Of a stretch of DNA of 64,000 nucleotides, positions 39,506-49,747 are shown in pieces. Each line of letters opens with the position of its first letter. Position 1 is the stretch's first letter. The notes beneath the pieces are model-generated. The model ran no database searches, was not told the origin of the DNA, and saw only the letters and a program-made list of their open reading frames with translations. Location: the NCBI GenBank assembly GCA_965371515.1, contig CBDUYR010000008.1, positions 1 through 64,000 on the forward strand. The letters run 5' to 3'. The stretch comes from an uncultured bacterium. Its GTDB lineage: Bacteria; Krumholzibacteriota; Krumholzibacteriia; Krumholzibacteriales; Krumholzibacteriaceae. A program made the position numbers and the translations under genes.

Positions 39506-39628
39506 CTATCTTTCCGCGTCTGGAAATCCGGAACGATTCGAAACTGCGCACTTCTTTCGCGACGCACGAGTTATGCATTTTGCCCGCGTAATGGCGGGAT
39601 TGTGGTTCGATTACGCAAGGAGTGGTGC

Positions 39629-40927
39629 TTGCCTGAGACCGTCGATCTGATGCTCCTCGGCGCCGGACAGCTCGTTACCTGTCGAAGTGGCGAAAAGGGA
39701 CCACGCAGGGGAAAATATCTTGCCCATCCCGGTCTGGTGAAGGGTGGTGCGCTGGCAGTGTCCGCCGGGAGGATAGTAGCGGCTGGCACCGAGGACGAGG
39801 TGCGGAAGGCGGTCGGCGGATCCGAGGTCGTATCGACGATCTACGCGGACGGCCGGGTTGTCATGCCCGGATGGGTCGATCCTCACACCCACGCCGTCTT
39901 CGCGGGGTACAGGGCCGACGAGTACGAGGCCAGGATAAGGGGAGACAGTTATCTCGAGATAGACAGTCGAGGCGGCGGGATAAAGCGCTCCGTCAGAGAG
40001 TTGAGGGAGACGGATGAGGACCGGCTGTTTGAGATAAACAGGCGTCGCATCCTGAAGATGCTCGAGCAGGGAGTAACTACGATAGAGATCAAGAGCGGGT
40101 ACGGGCTCGATCTCGAAAACGAAATGAAACAGCTGAGAGTGATCGGGCGCCTCGCGGCCGGGACGCCTCTCGATGTCGTAGCTACATTCATGGGCGCGCA
40201 TCACAAGCCGCCCGGCGAGAAGGACGGCGGAAAGTATGTCGATATTCTGATTGACGAGATGATGCCGGCTGTGGCCGATGCGGGGCTGGCCAGGTACATC
40301 GATGTCTTCTGCGAGAAGGGCGTTTTTGACGTGAACGAGACGAGGCGCATACTCGAGGCGGGTGCACGGCACGGCTTCGGTCTCAAGGTCCACTCGGACG
40401 AGATATATGCCCTGGGCGGGACTGAACTTGCCGTTGAGATGGGCGCCGTATCGGTGGAGCACCTGACGAAGGTGACTCCGGCCGGGATAGCCGCCCTCTC
40501 GGGAAGCCCGACTATAGCTGTGCTCCTGCCGTCGACATCGTTCGGACTCGCTTCGAAGCATTACGCGCCCGCCAGGAAGATGATCGATTCCGGCGTCGCA
40601 GTCGCTCTGTCGACAGATTTTAATCCGGGGAGCGCGCCGTCGCATTCGATGCCGCTCGCCGTTTCGATAGCCTGTTCACAGATGGGGATGGTGCCGGCCG
40701 AGGCGATAGTCGCGGCGACGTTCAATGCCGCCTGCGCTGTCGGCATGGAAAACGAGGTCGGATCGCTGGAAGAGGGCAAGAAGGCTGATTTCGTGATATA
40801 CGACGTCGAGGACTACCGCGAGATTCCATCTCGCGCCGGTGAGAACCACGCAGTCGTCGTCGTCAAGGAAGGTTCCGTGGTCTGGGAACTCCAGGGGTAC
40901 AGGGAGAGAAGCGAGGTCGGGCTGTGA
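39629..40927 (+). CDS. hutI: Imidazolonepropionase
   Basis: TTG start after AAGGAG; VDPHTH, GVTTIEIKSGYGL, DVFCEKG, STDFNPGS, GKKAD. Confidence 0.95.
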   Translation: MPETVDLMLLGAGQLVTCRSGEKGPRRGKYLAHPGLVKGGALAVSAGRIVAAGTEDEVRKAVGGSEVVSTIYADGRVVMPGWVDPHTHAVFAGYRADEYEARIRGDSYLEIDSRGGGIKRSVRELRETDEDRLFEINRRRILKMLEQGVTTIEIKSGYGLDLENEMKQLRVIGRLAAGTPLDVVATFMGAHHKPPGEKDGGKYVDILIDEMMPAVADAGLARYIDVFCEKGVFDVNETRRILEAGARHGFGLKVHSDEIYALGGTELAVEMGAVSVEHLTKVTPAGIAALSGSPTIAVLLPSTSFGLASKHYAPARKMIDSGVAVALSTDFNPGSAPSHSMPLAVSIACSQMGMVPAEAIVAATFNAACAVGMENEVGSLEEGKKADFVIYDVEDYREIPSRAGENHAVVVVKEGSVVWELQGYRERSEVGL

Positions 40928-42465
40928 GCAGGGCCAGTCAGCTCAGACATAAGGCTCAGAATCATCTCAAGAGTGGGAAGCTCGCCGAAGCCATAGATAC
41001 GTACAAAAAGCTCCTCCAGATAGAGTCGCATAATCCCAACCTTTACAACGAGCTCGGCGATATATATCTCAGGGCGGAGGACCGGATGCAGGCCATCTTG
41101 TCTTTCGGCAAGGCCGTCGATCACTATGAAAAGGTCGCTCTCTACAACAACGCCGTAGCGGTATGCAAAAAGATACTGAGGGTCGTTCCCAACAGACTCG
41201 AATCGATATTTAAACTCGGAGAGCTGAAGGCCAAACAGAAGTTCAACTGCGAGGCCTCGAGGATGTTCATACAGTATCTCGAATTGGCATCCGCCGACGA
41301 GATGAACTCGTCGCGGGATAATATCATTCCAAAGGTGGAGTCCATCCTCGAGCTCGTGCCGGAAGACGACGAGCTTCACGCCAGGGTTGCCGAGGTGCTC
41401 ACGCAGATCGGTCTGAAGATCGCTTCGGCGGAGGTCTTCGCAAAACTGATCATACGGAGCGTCGAGAACGATGACAATGAGAAGACCGACATCTATCGGG
41501 GCAAGCTCGATCTCCTCCGGGAATCTCTTTCCGCCGAGGAGCAGGCCAGTATAGAGGAGATCCTTGCCGGAAGCCTCGAGCTGGAGGATGATGGAGAGGA
41601 ATTGGACGAAGAGCCGGATCTCACCGTCGAGGAGATCGATACCAAGGCAGCGGCGGAGTCGGCCGGAAGCGATCCGGTGGAGGCGGAACCCGTGGTCGAG
41701 GAAGAGCCGGCTGTAGAGGAATGCGCTGAGGAACCTGCTCCAGCCCGGGAGGACGAGACACAGCCCGAGCCCGCGGCCGAAACGGCCCGGGAATACGAGA
41801 TACCCTCAGAGCCCGAGCCCGAACCTGAGCCCGAAACCGGGACAGGACAGGAATATGAGATTCCAGTAGAGCCTGCAGCCGAAGAGAAACAGGAAGCCCC
41901 GACAGCGCCAGAGGTCGCAGAGGAATATGTCATCGACGAAGCTCCTGCGGACGATTCCACAGTAGAGTCCGATGCGGGCGCCACTATCGCGAAAGACGGT
42001 CTCTCCGACATACTCGAAGCCGAGGATGCCTCCAACGAGGCGACCTTCATCGACACGGAGAAGCTCGCGGAGGAGATAACGAGCGATGTGGCGGAGGACG
42101 ATTTCAGGAGCCACTACGATCTCGGAATGGCATACATCGAGATGGCTCTCTACAACGAGGCGATCAGGGAGCTGCAGATATCTGCGAGATCCGAGCAGCT
42201 CCAGCTGCGCGGTCTCGAGATGATCGGGCACTGCTTCCTGATGCTCGACAATCCGCGCCTGGCCGTAAAGCAGCTCATTCGAGGGCTCGAGATAGCGATG
42301 ACGACAGGCGGAGACAACCTCGGTATCCATTATAACCTCGGCCTGGCCTACGAGGGACTGAACGAAGTCGAGAAGGCGAGGGAGCATTTCGAGGAAGTCT
42401 ATATAGTCGACGTGGCTTTCCGTGATATATCACAAAAGATGAAGCAGTACAGTACCGTAAGCTGA
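40924..42465 (+). CDS. TPR protein with acidic linker (SgmX-like architecture)
   Basis: N-terminal TPRs; Glu/Pro-rich spacer; C-terminal SHYDLGMAYIEMALY..AI.E and HYNLGLAYE TPRs. Confidence 0.7.
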   Translation: MSRASQLRHKAQNHLKSGKLAEAIDTYKKLLQIESHNPNLYNELGDIYLRAEDRMQAILSFGKAVDHYEKVALYNNAVAVCKKILRVVPNRLESIFKLGELKAKQKFNCEASRMFIQYLELASADEMNSSRDNIIPKVESILELVPEDDELHARVAEVLTQIGLKIASAEVFAKLIIRSVENDDNEKTDIYRGKLDLLRESLSAEEQASIEEILAGSLELEDDGEELDEEPDLTVEEIDTKAAAESAGSDPVEAEPVVEEEPAVEECAEEPAPAREDETQPEPAAETAREYEIPSEPEPEPEPETGTGQEYEIPVEPAAEEKQEAPTAPEVAEEYVIDEAPADDSTVESDAGATIAKDGLSDILEAEDASNEATFIDTEKLAEEITSDVAEDDFRSHYDLGMAYIEMALYNEAIRELQISARSEQLQLRGLEMIGHCFLMLDNPRLAVKQLIRGLEIAMTTGGDNLGIHYNLGLAYEGLNEVEKAREHFEEVYIVDVAFRDISQKMKQYSTVS

Positions 42466-42474
42466 AAGAACTGG

Positions 42475-43314
42475 ATGAATCCCATTTCTTCCTGCGACCT
42501 TCACATACATTCATATTATTCCGACGGGATGATGTCGCCTGCCGGGATAGTTCGTGCCGGCGCAGAGGCCGGCCTTTCCGCGATATCGATCGCTGATCAT
42601 GACACGGCCGCGGGACAGGCCGAAGCGATCGAGGCCGGCGACGTCTCAGGGATCGAGATACTCACTGGGATAGAGTTCAGCGTTATGGAAGATGAACTCG
42701 ATATCCATATCCTCGGATATTGCTTCGATCTTTCGGCCGGAAGGCTGTCCGATGTGCTCGAGGTTCTCGAGAGAGGAAGAGCCGAGCGGGCAGAGAAGAT
42801 CGCCGACAAGCTGCAGGACCTGGGAGTGCCCGTGACTTTCGACGAGATAATGGCCGTCGCCGGTGCGGGAACGGTCGGAAGGCCGCATGTGGCGAGGATC
42901 CTCCTGAGGAAGGGGATCGTCGCCGAATTCCAGGAAGCGTTCGACAGGTTCCTGGGATACGGCGCATCGTGCTACGTCCCGAAGATGGTCCTTCCGCTCG
43001 AGGAGGTCGTCTCCATCACAAGGGAATCGGGGGGTGTCGCAGTATGGGCCCATCCCGGAGCGAACATCAGGAAGCGCAGGCTGGTGGACCGGATCTTCAG
43101 TTGCGGGGTCGAAGGCATAGAGGCCTGGCACCCCAACCACACCGAGGAGATAACCAGGCTTGCCGTCCGCGAGGCAGACAGACGCGGGCTCGTATGCACG
43201 GGCGGCTCCGATTACCATTTCGACGAGGCAAAGAAGGCCGGCATCGGGGAAATCGATGTGCCGTACGACTCAGTGACAGCGCTCCGCAACCGCGCCTCTG
43301 GACTTTCGGCTTGA
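42475..43314 (+). CDS. PHP-domain phosphoesterase (TrpH/YciV-like)
   Basis: DLHIHSYYSDG, DHDT, GIEFS, HILGY, GRPHVA, AHP, TGGSDYH. Confidence 0.9.
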   Translation: MNPISSCDLHIHSYYSDGMMSPAGIVRAGAEAGLSAISIADHDTAAGQAEAIEAGDVSGIEILTGIEFSVMEDELDIHILGYCFDLSAGRLSDVLEVLERGRAERAEKIADKLQDLGVPVTFDEIMAVAGAGTVGRPHVARILLRKGIVAEFQEAFDRFLGYGASCYVPKMVLPLEEVVSITRESGGVAVWAHPGANIRKRRLVDRIFSCGVEGIEAWHPNHTEEITRLAVREADRRGLVCTGGSDYHFDEAKKAGIGEIDVPYDSVTALRNRASGLSA

Positions 43315-43346
43315 CCGACGGGCGTACTGCCCCACAATATCCCTCT

Positions 43347-45200
43347 ATGACACGTCTGAACAATCCGTTGCCGGTCATATTGCTCATATTGACTGCCGCT
43401 ATCGCGGCTATTCCCGCTGCCGAATGCAGGGGGGAGGCGTCCCGCTACGGGGGTGCCTACCTGTCCGCGGCGGGCGATACCCTCGCCCTTCCCGGTGAAG
43501 TCTTCGTAGTGACCGCCGAGGAGCTTGCCCGGTTCGATATTAACACTATCGAGGATATCATAGAGCACCTTCCCGGGATCAGCGTCCTGCAGGGCGGGCC
43601 GCCTGGATCGAAGACCCTCTATACAATAGACGGCAGGACGGTCAAGGGGATGACGCTGCTGGTCAACGGCGTACCATATAACGATCCGTACAACGAGGAC
43701 CCGCTGGCGAGGTTCCTGACGCTCTCGAGGGTCCGCCGGGTGGAGGTCATATACAGTGCTTCGCCGTCACTCACCGGCAGGGCTTCATCAGGCGGAGTGA
43801 TAAACATCGTCGTGGAGGAAGGGGGTCGGAAGCCGCCTGTTGCCGCCGGCGATTTTACATGGGGCGGGAACGGCCGCAAGTCGCGCAAGGCGTGGTTCTC
43901 GTCGCCCGATGCATTTATCAACGGAACGATCACATACGACGAGTACATGCAGGATTATTTCGAATCTGTCGTCGATGAACCGTCGGCACGCGTCGGCGAG
44001 TACAACTCGAGATCGGTCATGCTCGAGCTGACCCTAAGGGGAAAGGCAGATGACAGGGTGCTCATCCGGCTCCGAAGGTTTGAGGATTCGTACAACGGTA
44101 CTCGTAACTGGCCCGAGCGCCGCGATCTGCTGAGGCCCCCCGAGAATGTCAGGTACAGCGGACTCGATTCGGAGGTCAGGTATGTGAGGGGTGGCGCCGA
44201 GGTATCGCTGAGGCAGCGGTTCGTCGAGATGAAGAGAAAGGCGGGATGGACCTCGGGACTGGTGTTCGGGGGAGCGGTCACCTGGCACGGCCTTGCGGGC
44301 TCGACCGCCGTGAAGGGATTTGTCACGGCAGAGAGGGCGGCGTTCGAGAACCGTCTCTGGGGCGAGCCTTTCTCACCCGATGTCGACCGTGCGGAGGGCG
44401 GCCTGACCGTCGGCGGCGACACAGGACACCTGCGCTGGAGGGGAGGGATCTCGGCCGGTTCGATGACGGGATCGGGATTCTTCGCCGGCGGCGAGGCGGC
44501 GCTCTCACGGGGAAACGAGAAGGGGTTATATCAGACCCTGATAGTGGCAAGGCGTGTCCGGACACCGACTGCCGAGGAGCTCTACCAGCCTGACTTCGAG
44601 TATCTTCCGAACGGTGATTCGCTGAACACAGCCGGTAATCCCGGCCTCGGCCACGAGACCTCCGACGAGATCTCGCTCGGTCTCGGGTACGGGACTGCCG
44701 TGACTACCGATATCTTCGTGAGGTTCGAGCGAAGCAGGATATCTCTCGAGGGCTCCGATCCCGCCGTCTACATGTCCAACAGCAGTGACGATGTGATCGG
44801 ACTGCGTGCGTCGCTGAGGGGCGGGGGATCGACAGGTATCGCCTCTTTCAGTTACAACTGGCAGCTGAGAGGCTACTGGTTCGCCGACAGGGCCGAGATC
44901 ACACCGGGTGTCCCTGAGTATTACGCAAGGGCCGGGCTATGGCTGAGCCGCCCTTCATTTAAAAAGACAGAGCAATTTATCATCGGGGTCTACGCATCCG
45001 AGACGGGGAGCCGGCTCTTTTACGGAGTCGAGCTGGGCCGCTACACGCTCCTCGATCTCTCCGTTTCGCTCACCGTGCTCGGGGCTGTGGCGAAGTTCGA
45101 GATGAAGAATATCCTCGACGAGAAGTACGAGACGGTGCCGGGAATGTACATGCCCGGCAAGCACTACCGTTTCGGGATCAACTGGCGACTCTTCGACTGA
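43347..45200 (+). CDS. TonB-dependent-receptor-like outer-membrane protein with plug domain
   Basis: Likely start ATG 43347 (signal peptide); VVTAEEL, LPGI, LLVNGVP, RRVEVI, GGVINIV plug motifs; KNILDEKY; GINWRLFD. Confidence 0.75.
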   Translation: MTRLNNPLPVILLILTAAIAAIPAAECRGEASRYGGAYLSAAGDTLALPGEVFVVTAEELARFDINTIEDIIEHLPGISVLQGGPPGSKTLYTIDGRTVKGMTLLVNGVPYNDPYNEDPLARFLTLSRVRRVEVIYSASPSLTGRASSGGVINIVVEEGGRKPPVAAGDFTWGGNGRKSRKAWFSSPDAFINGTITYDEYMQDYFESVVDEPSARVGEYNSRSVMLELTLRGKADDRVLIRLRRFEDSYNGTRNWPERRDLLRPPENVRYSGLDSEVRYVRGGAEVSLRQRFVEMKRKAGWTSGLVFGGAVTWHGLAGSTAVKGFVTAERAAFENRLWGEPFSPDVDRAEGGLTVGGDTGHLRWRGGISAGSMTGSGFFAGGEAALSRGNEKGLYQTLIVARRVRTPTAEELYQPDFEYLPNGDSLNTAGNPGLGHETSDEISLGLGYGTAVTTDIFVRFERSRISLEGSDPAVYMSNSSDDVIGLRASLRGGGSTGIASFSYNWQLRGYWFADRAEITPGVPEYYARAGLWLSRPSFKKTEQFIIGVYASETGSRLFYGVELGRYTLLDLSVSLTVLGAVAKFEMKNILDEKYETVPGMYMPGKHYRFGINWRLFD

Positions 45201-45514
45201 CGCCGCTCGATCACACCCGCAACTTCTTTCGCTGGCAGAAAATCCGACAGAAGGTAAACGATTCTGGACACCGGCGCGGGAATTTTGTGCCGTCGTCCGG
45301 CCTTGCATTGTGCGAATCCGCTTGCAAGCTGCACCCGGCCCGTCAGTCCACGAGGATGTGCCGCCGCGTCGGCGGATTTTCCGATAATCCCATGTAGACA
45401 GGCCTTTTCCTTAAGTCAGGGTTCTGGCCGTTCGACGCTTCCAGGTGGTCCACGGGCCCCGATATTTTCCTGAAAGCTGTTGACCCTTATCCCGTTATCC
45501 GGCCGTCCGACCCA

Positions 45515-45529
45515 TGGCATGCTTATTGC
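45515..45529 (+). promoter_or_regulatory. sigma54 -24/-12 promoter upstream of pilB
   Basis: TGGCATGCTTATTGC, exact GG-N10-GC spacing. Confidence 0.75.
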
Positions 45530-45627
45530 GGTCGGGGGGATGAAATTAAGGGCAGGAGTGTTTATAAGGCAGAATAACGCTCACGACTGCTTCAGGTGGA
45601 TACGGATTTGCATCAGGTTCGTGAGGA

Positions 45628-47334
45628 TTGATATCCGGGCGGAGGAAGTCCTTGAGTGACAATATAGCCAACCAGCTGATCGAGTCGAGTCTTATCAGCC
45701 AGGACCAGCTTGAACTTGCTCTGACCGAGCAGGGGCAGTCCGGCGGCAGTCTCGGCTACAACCTGGTGAAGACGGGAGCGATCTCGGAGAAGGCCTTTTC
45801 CGAGTTTCTCTCGCAGCAGTACCAGGTACCCGCGGTCGATCTCGACGAGCTCGAGGCGGAGGAGCACTCCGTCGAGCTGATACCGTCAGAGGTCGCGACC
45901 AAGTTCCAGGTCGTACCCATCTCCAGAGAGGGCAGGGTTCTTACTCTGGCGATGGCTAACCCCGACAACATTTTCGCTATCGACGACATCAAGTTCATCA
46001 CGGGTCTCGAAGTGCGTCCGGTAGTCGCCACTGAGACGGCGATCAAGAGGGCGATCGACCGGTTCTACGATTCGGCCGATTCGCTCGCCGAGGTGATGCG
46101 CGACATCGAGGAGGATGACTTCGAGGTTGTCGAGGACATGGAAGAAGATCTCGGGCTTGCCGAGGCGCAGAGCGAGGACGCTCCAGTCGTCAAGCTCGTC
46201 AACTCCCTCATATCAGATGCGGTGAACAAGGGCGCGAGCGATATCCACATCGAGCCGTTCGAGAGATCGATGAGGGTCCGCTTCAGGATCGACGGGCAGC
46301 TGCACGAGATGATGTCGCCCCCGATCAAGATGAGAAGCGCCATAACCTCGCGAATAAAGATCATGGCCGAACTGGATATCGCGGAGAAGAGGGTGCCGCA
46401 GGACGGGCGCATCAAGATCAGGATCGGCAGTAAGAAGATCGATCTCCGTGTCAGCAGTCTGCCTACGATATTCGGCGAGAAGATCGTGATGCGAATCCTC
46501 GACAAGAGTAACCTCGAGATAGACCTGACCAGGCTGGGATTCCAGACTGAGGCTCTCGATAAGTTCCTGAAGGCGATCGAATCGCCCTACGGCATGGTGA
46601 TCGTGACCGGTCCGACTGGTAGCGGAAAGACGACCACTCTTTACTCAGCACTTCACAAGATCAACCTTCCGCACCACAATATAATGACCGCAGAGGACCC
46701 GGTCGAGTACAACCTCGAAGGGATCAACCAGGTCAACGTGCATGAGGAGATAGGCCTGACCTTTGCCTCGTCGCTCAAGGCCTTCCTCCGTCAGGACCCG
46801 AACATAATAATGGTTGGCGAGATCCGTGACCTCGAGACGGGATCGATCGCCGTCAAGGCGGCGCTTACAGGCCACCTTGTGCTCAGCACCCTTCATACGA
46901 ACGATGCTGCGAGTACGATCAACAGGATGATCGATATGGGTATCGAGCCGTTCCTCGTGGCGAGCTCCACGAACCTCATCCAGGCGCAGAGGCTTATCCG
47001 CCGGCTTTGTGAGAGCTGCAAGGAGAAGGAAATGATCCATCCCGAGGTGCTGCGCGAGCTCAACATACCTGACGAGACTCCATTCGAGATCTTCGAGCCC
47101 GTCGGCTGTCCGAAATGCAGCAACACGGGCTACAAGGGCAGGACGGGACTGTACGAGGTCATGCCGATATCCCCGGAAATCAGAGACATGATACTGAACA
47201 GATGTTCGTCGACGGAGATCGGCGAGCAGGCCGTAAAGGAAGGCATGCTCACGCTCAGGGCCGACGGTGTACAGAAACTGAAAACCGGCTGGACCTCGGT
47301 CGAAGAGGTGCTCAGAGAGACGACCGACCAGTAA
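45628..47334 (+). CDS. pilB: Type IVa pilus assembly ATPase
   Basis: MshEN-like N-terminus, ASDIHIEP, GPTGSGKTTTLY, TAEDPVEY, LRQDPN, tetracysteine motif. Confidence 0.96.
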   Translation: MISGRRKSLSDNIANQLIESSLISQDQLELALTEQGQSGGSLGYNLVKTGAISEKAFSEFLSQQYQVPAVDLDELEAEEHSVELIPSEVATKFQVVPISREGRVLTLAMANPDNIFAIDDIKFITGLEVRPVVATETAIKRAIDRFYDSADSLAEVMRDIEEDDFEVVEDMEEDLGLAEAQSEDAPVVKLVNSLISDAVNKGASDIHIEPFERSMRVRFRIDGQLHEMMSPPIKMRSAITSRIKIMAELDIAEKRVPQDGRIKIRIGSKKIDLRVSSLPTIFGEKIVMRILDKSNLEIDLTRLGFQTEALDKFLKAIESPYGMVIVTGPTGSGKTTTLYSALHKINLPHHNIMTAEDPVEYNLEGINQVNVHEEIGLTFASSLKAFLRQDPNIIMVGEIRDLETGSIAVKAALTGHLVLSTLHTNDAASTINRMIDMGIEPFLVASSTNLIQAQRLIRRLCESCKEKEMIHPEVLRELNIPDETPFEIFEPVGCPKCSNTGYKGRTGLYEVMPISPEIRDMILNRCSSTEIGEQAVKEGMLTLRADGVQKLKTGWTSVEEVLRETTDQ

Positions 47335-47377
47335 CAATCATCGGTCGTGTATCACATAGGAGAGAAGAAGGAAAAAT

Positions 47378-48487
47378 ATGCTGAATCTCAGAGAATTGCT
47401 GCAGGAAATGATAGAGAAGAGGGCGAGTGATCTGCACATCACAGCGGGCATCCCGCCGATGCTGAGAGTGGATGGCCTCCTGCACCCTACCTCGCATCCC
47501 GTCGTCACCCCCGAGTTCAGCAAACAGATCGCTTACAGCGTTCTTACAGAGGAACAGCAGAAGAGATTCGAGAACGAGAAGGAGCTCGATTTCTCGTTCG
47601 GGGTACAGGGCCTGTCGAGGTTCCGCGCGAACGTTTTCCAGCAGAGGGGCGTCACGAGCATGGCGATCAGACAGATCCCGTTCGAGATTCTCAGCTTCGA
47701 TGAGCTCGGCCTGCCTCCCGTCGTGAAGGCATTCGCCGAGAAGCAGAAGGGGCTAGTGCTGGTCACCGGGCCTACGGGCTCGGGTAAATCGACGACGCTT
47801 GCCAGCCTGATCGACAAGATCAACAGGGAACGCCAGGCGCACGTGATCACGATCGAGGACCCGATCGAGTACATCCACCAGCACAAGCAGTGCATCGTGA
47901 ACCAGCGGGAGGTCAAGGCCGATACGAATAACTTCGCAACGGCCCTGAAGCACGTTCTGAGACAGGATCCCGACATCATCCTCATCGGTGAGATGCGCGA
48001 TCTCGAGACGATGTCTGCGGCGCTTACGATAGCGGAGACCGGTCATCTCGCGCTCGCGACTCTTCATACCAACTCGACATTCGAGTCGATCAACAGGATA
48101 GTCGACACTTTTCCCTCGACCCAGCAGGGGCAGGTCCGCGCCCAGCTCGCATTTGTCCTGGAGGGCGTCGTGACCCAGCAGCTCATACCGCACGCTTCGG
48201 GGAAGGGCCGGGTCATGGTCTGCGAGGTGATGGTGTGCACGCCCGCGATCCGGGCGACGATACGAGACGATAAAGTCCACCAGATATACGGCTTGATGCA
48301 GGCCGGTCATAAATTCGGAATGCAGACGATGAACCAGGGCCTCTTCCAGGCCTTCTGCGACAGGAAGATAACGAAGGAAGAGGCTGTGAGAAGGAGCAGC
48401 GATCCTGTCGAGCTGCAGCAGATGCTCGGCGAGGATCCTAGTAGCGGCAACGATTACCGCACGCGCGACTACCAATTCAAGAAGTGA
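47378..48487 (+). CDS. pilT: Type IV pilus retraction ATPase
   Basis: ASDLHI, GPTGSGKSTTLA, LRQDPD, AETGHL, AIRATIRD (AIRNLIRE-like), GMQTM. Confidence 0.96.
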   Translation: MLNLRELLQEMIEKRASDLHITAGIPPMLRVDGLLHPTSHPVVTPEFSKQIAYSVLTEEQQKRFENEKELDFSFGVQGLSRFRANVFQQRGVTSMAIRQIPFEILSFDELGLPPVVKAFAEKQKGLVLVTGPTGSGKSTTLASLIDKINRERQAHVITIEDPIEYIHQHKQCIVNQREVKADTNNFATALKHVLRQDPDIILIGEMRDLETMSAALTIAETGHLALATLHTNSTFESINRIVDTFPSTQQGQVRAQLAFVLEGVVTQQLIPHASGKGRVMVCEVMVCTPAIRATIRDDKVHQIYGLMQAGHKFGMQTMNQGLFQAFCDRKITKEEAVRRSSDPVELQQMLGEDPSSGNDYRTRDYQFKK

Positions 48488-48506
48488 TTCTGTAAGGGGG
48501 AAACCG

Positions 48507-49715
48507 ATGGCGACTACATTCCTTTGGAAGGGAAGAACGCCGACGGGCGAAGTTCTTTCCGGTGACTTCAAGTGTGAAAACAAGCAGGAACTGATCAATC
48601 ACCTGCGTAAACGTAAGATCATAATTACGTCGATCCGTAGCAAGCCGAAGGATATCCGGATCAATTTCGGCATGAGTAACAGGGTCACGGTAAAGGAAAT
48701 GGGGATCTTCACGAGGCAGTTCGCGACGATGATCAATGCCGGACTGCCGATGGTCCAGTGCCTCGACATCCTCTCGAGTCAGATCGAGAAACCCTTCTTC
48801 AAGAAGGTCGTATCCGATGTGATGTCGGACGTCGAGTCGGGGTTGACCCTGGCTGAGTCGCTGCGCAAGCACAAGTGCTTCGGCGATCTGTTTGTCAACA
48901 TGATCGACGCCGGAGAGGCCGGAGGTATCCTCGACGTGATCCTTAACCGTCTGGCCGTATATCTCGAGAAGGCAGACGCGCTGAGGCGCAAGGTCAAGGG
49001 CGCCCTGACCTATCCGACGATCGTGTTCTGTGTCGCCACCGGAGCGACGATCTTCATGCTGATGTTCATTATCCCGACCTTCGCCAAGATGTTCAGCGAT
49101 TTCGGCGGTGAGCTCCCGCTCCCGACGTTGATCGTCATGATGCTCAGCAACTTTCTGCGGGCGAACTGGTGGCTGCTCCTCGGAGTCATTATTGGAAGCG
49201 GCGTCGCACTGAAGAGGTACTACACGACCGAAAGCGGGCAGTACAGGCTGGACATGATCCTGCTCAACTTCCCCATCCTCGGTAACGTCGTCCGCAAGGG
49301 CGCTGTTGCGAGATTTACCCGTACGCTCGGCACTCTGATCGCCAGTGGTGTGCCGATCCTCAACGGTCTCGAGATCACGGCCCGCACGGCCGGCAACAAG
49401 GTCCTCGAGAGGGCCATCATGGAGACGAGGCAGAGCATCAGCGAAGGTAACACGATCGCCGAGCCGCTCAAGGCCTGCGGTGTGTTCCCGCCCATGGTAG
49501 TTCAGATGATCTCCGTAGGAGAACAGACGGGCGCTCTGGACGAGATGCTCGACAAAATAGCGGATTTCTATGATGACGAGGTCGATGCGGCCGTCGAGGC
49601 GCTTACAGCCGCTATCGAGCCGATAATGATCGTCGTGATGGGTGCGGTCGTCGGAGGGATGCTCGTAGCGATGTATCTTCCGATGTTCAAGCTCGTTACC
49701 GTCGTCGCCGGCTAG
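48507..49715 (+). CDS. pilC: Type IV pilus platform protein
   Basis: FTRQFATMI.AGLP, AGEAGG.LD, ALTYP, VGEQTGALD.ML, AMYLPMF. Confidence 0.96.
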   Translation: MATTFLWKGRTPTGEVLSGDFKCENKQELINHLRKRKIIITSIRSKPKDIRINFGMSNRVTVKEMGIFTRQFATMINAGLPMVQCLDILSSQIEKPFFKKVVSDVMSDVESGLTLAESLRKHKCFGDLFVNMIDAGEAGGILDVILNRLAVYLEKADALRRKVKGALTYPTIVFCVATGATIFMLMFIIPTFAKMFSDFGGELPLPTLIVMMLSNFLRANWWLLLGVIIGSGVALKRYYTTESGQYRLDMILLNFPILGNVVRKGAVARFTRTLGTLIASGVPILNGLEITARTAGNKVLERAIMETRQSISEGNTIAEPLKACGVFPPMVVQMISVGEQTGALDEMLDKIADFYDDEVDAAVEALTAAIEPIMIVVMGAVVGGMLVAMYLPMFKLVTVVAG

Positions 49716-49747
49716 AATCCGGCGACGTCAGGATCCAGAGGGAGAAG

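Noticed and set aside
42720..43346. 209-aa N-terminal extension of the TonB-like ORF given by the ORF track
   Set aside because: It overlaps the PHP gene in another frame; the signal peptide starts at ATG 43347. The track's upstream starts for porU (17660) and pilD (56124) were shortened for the same reason.
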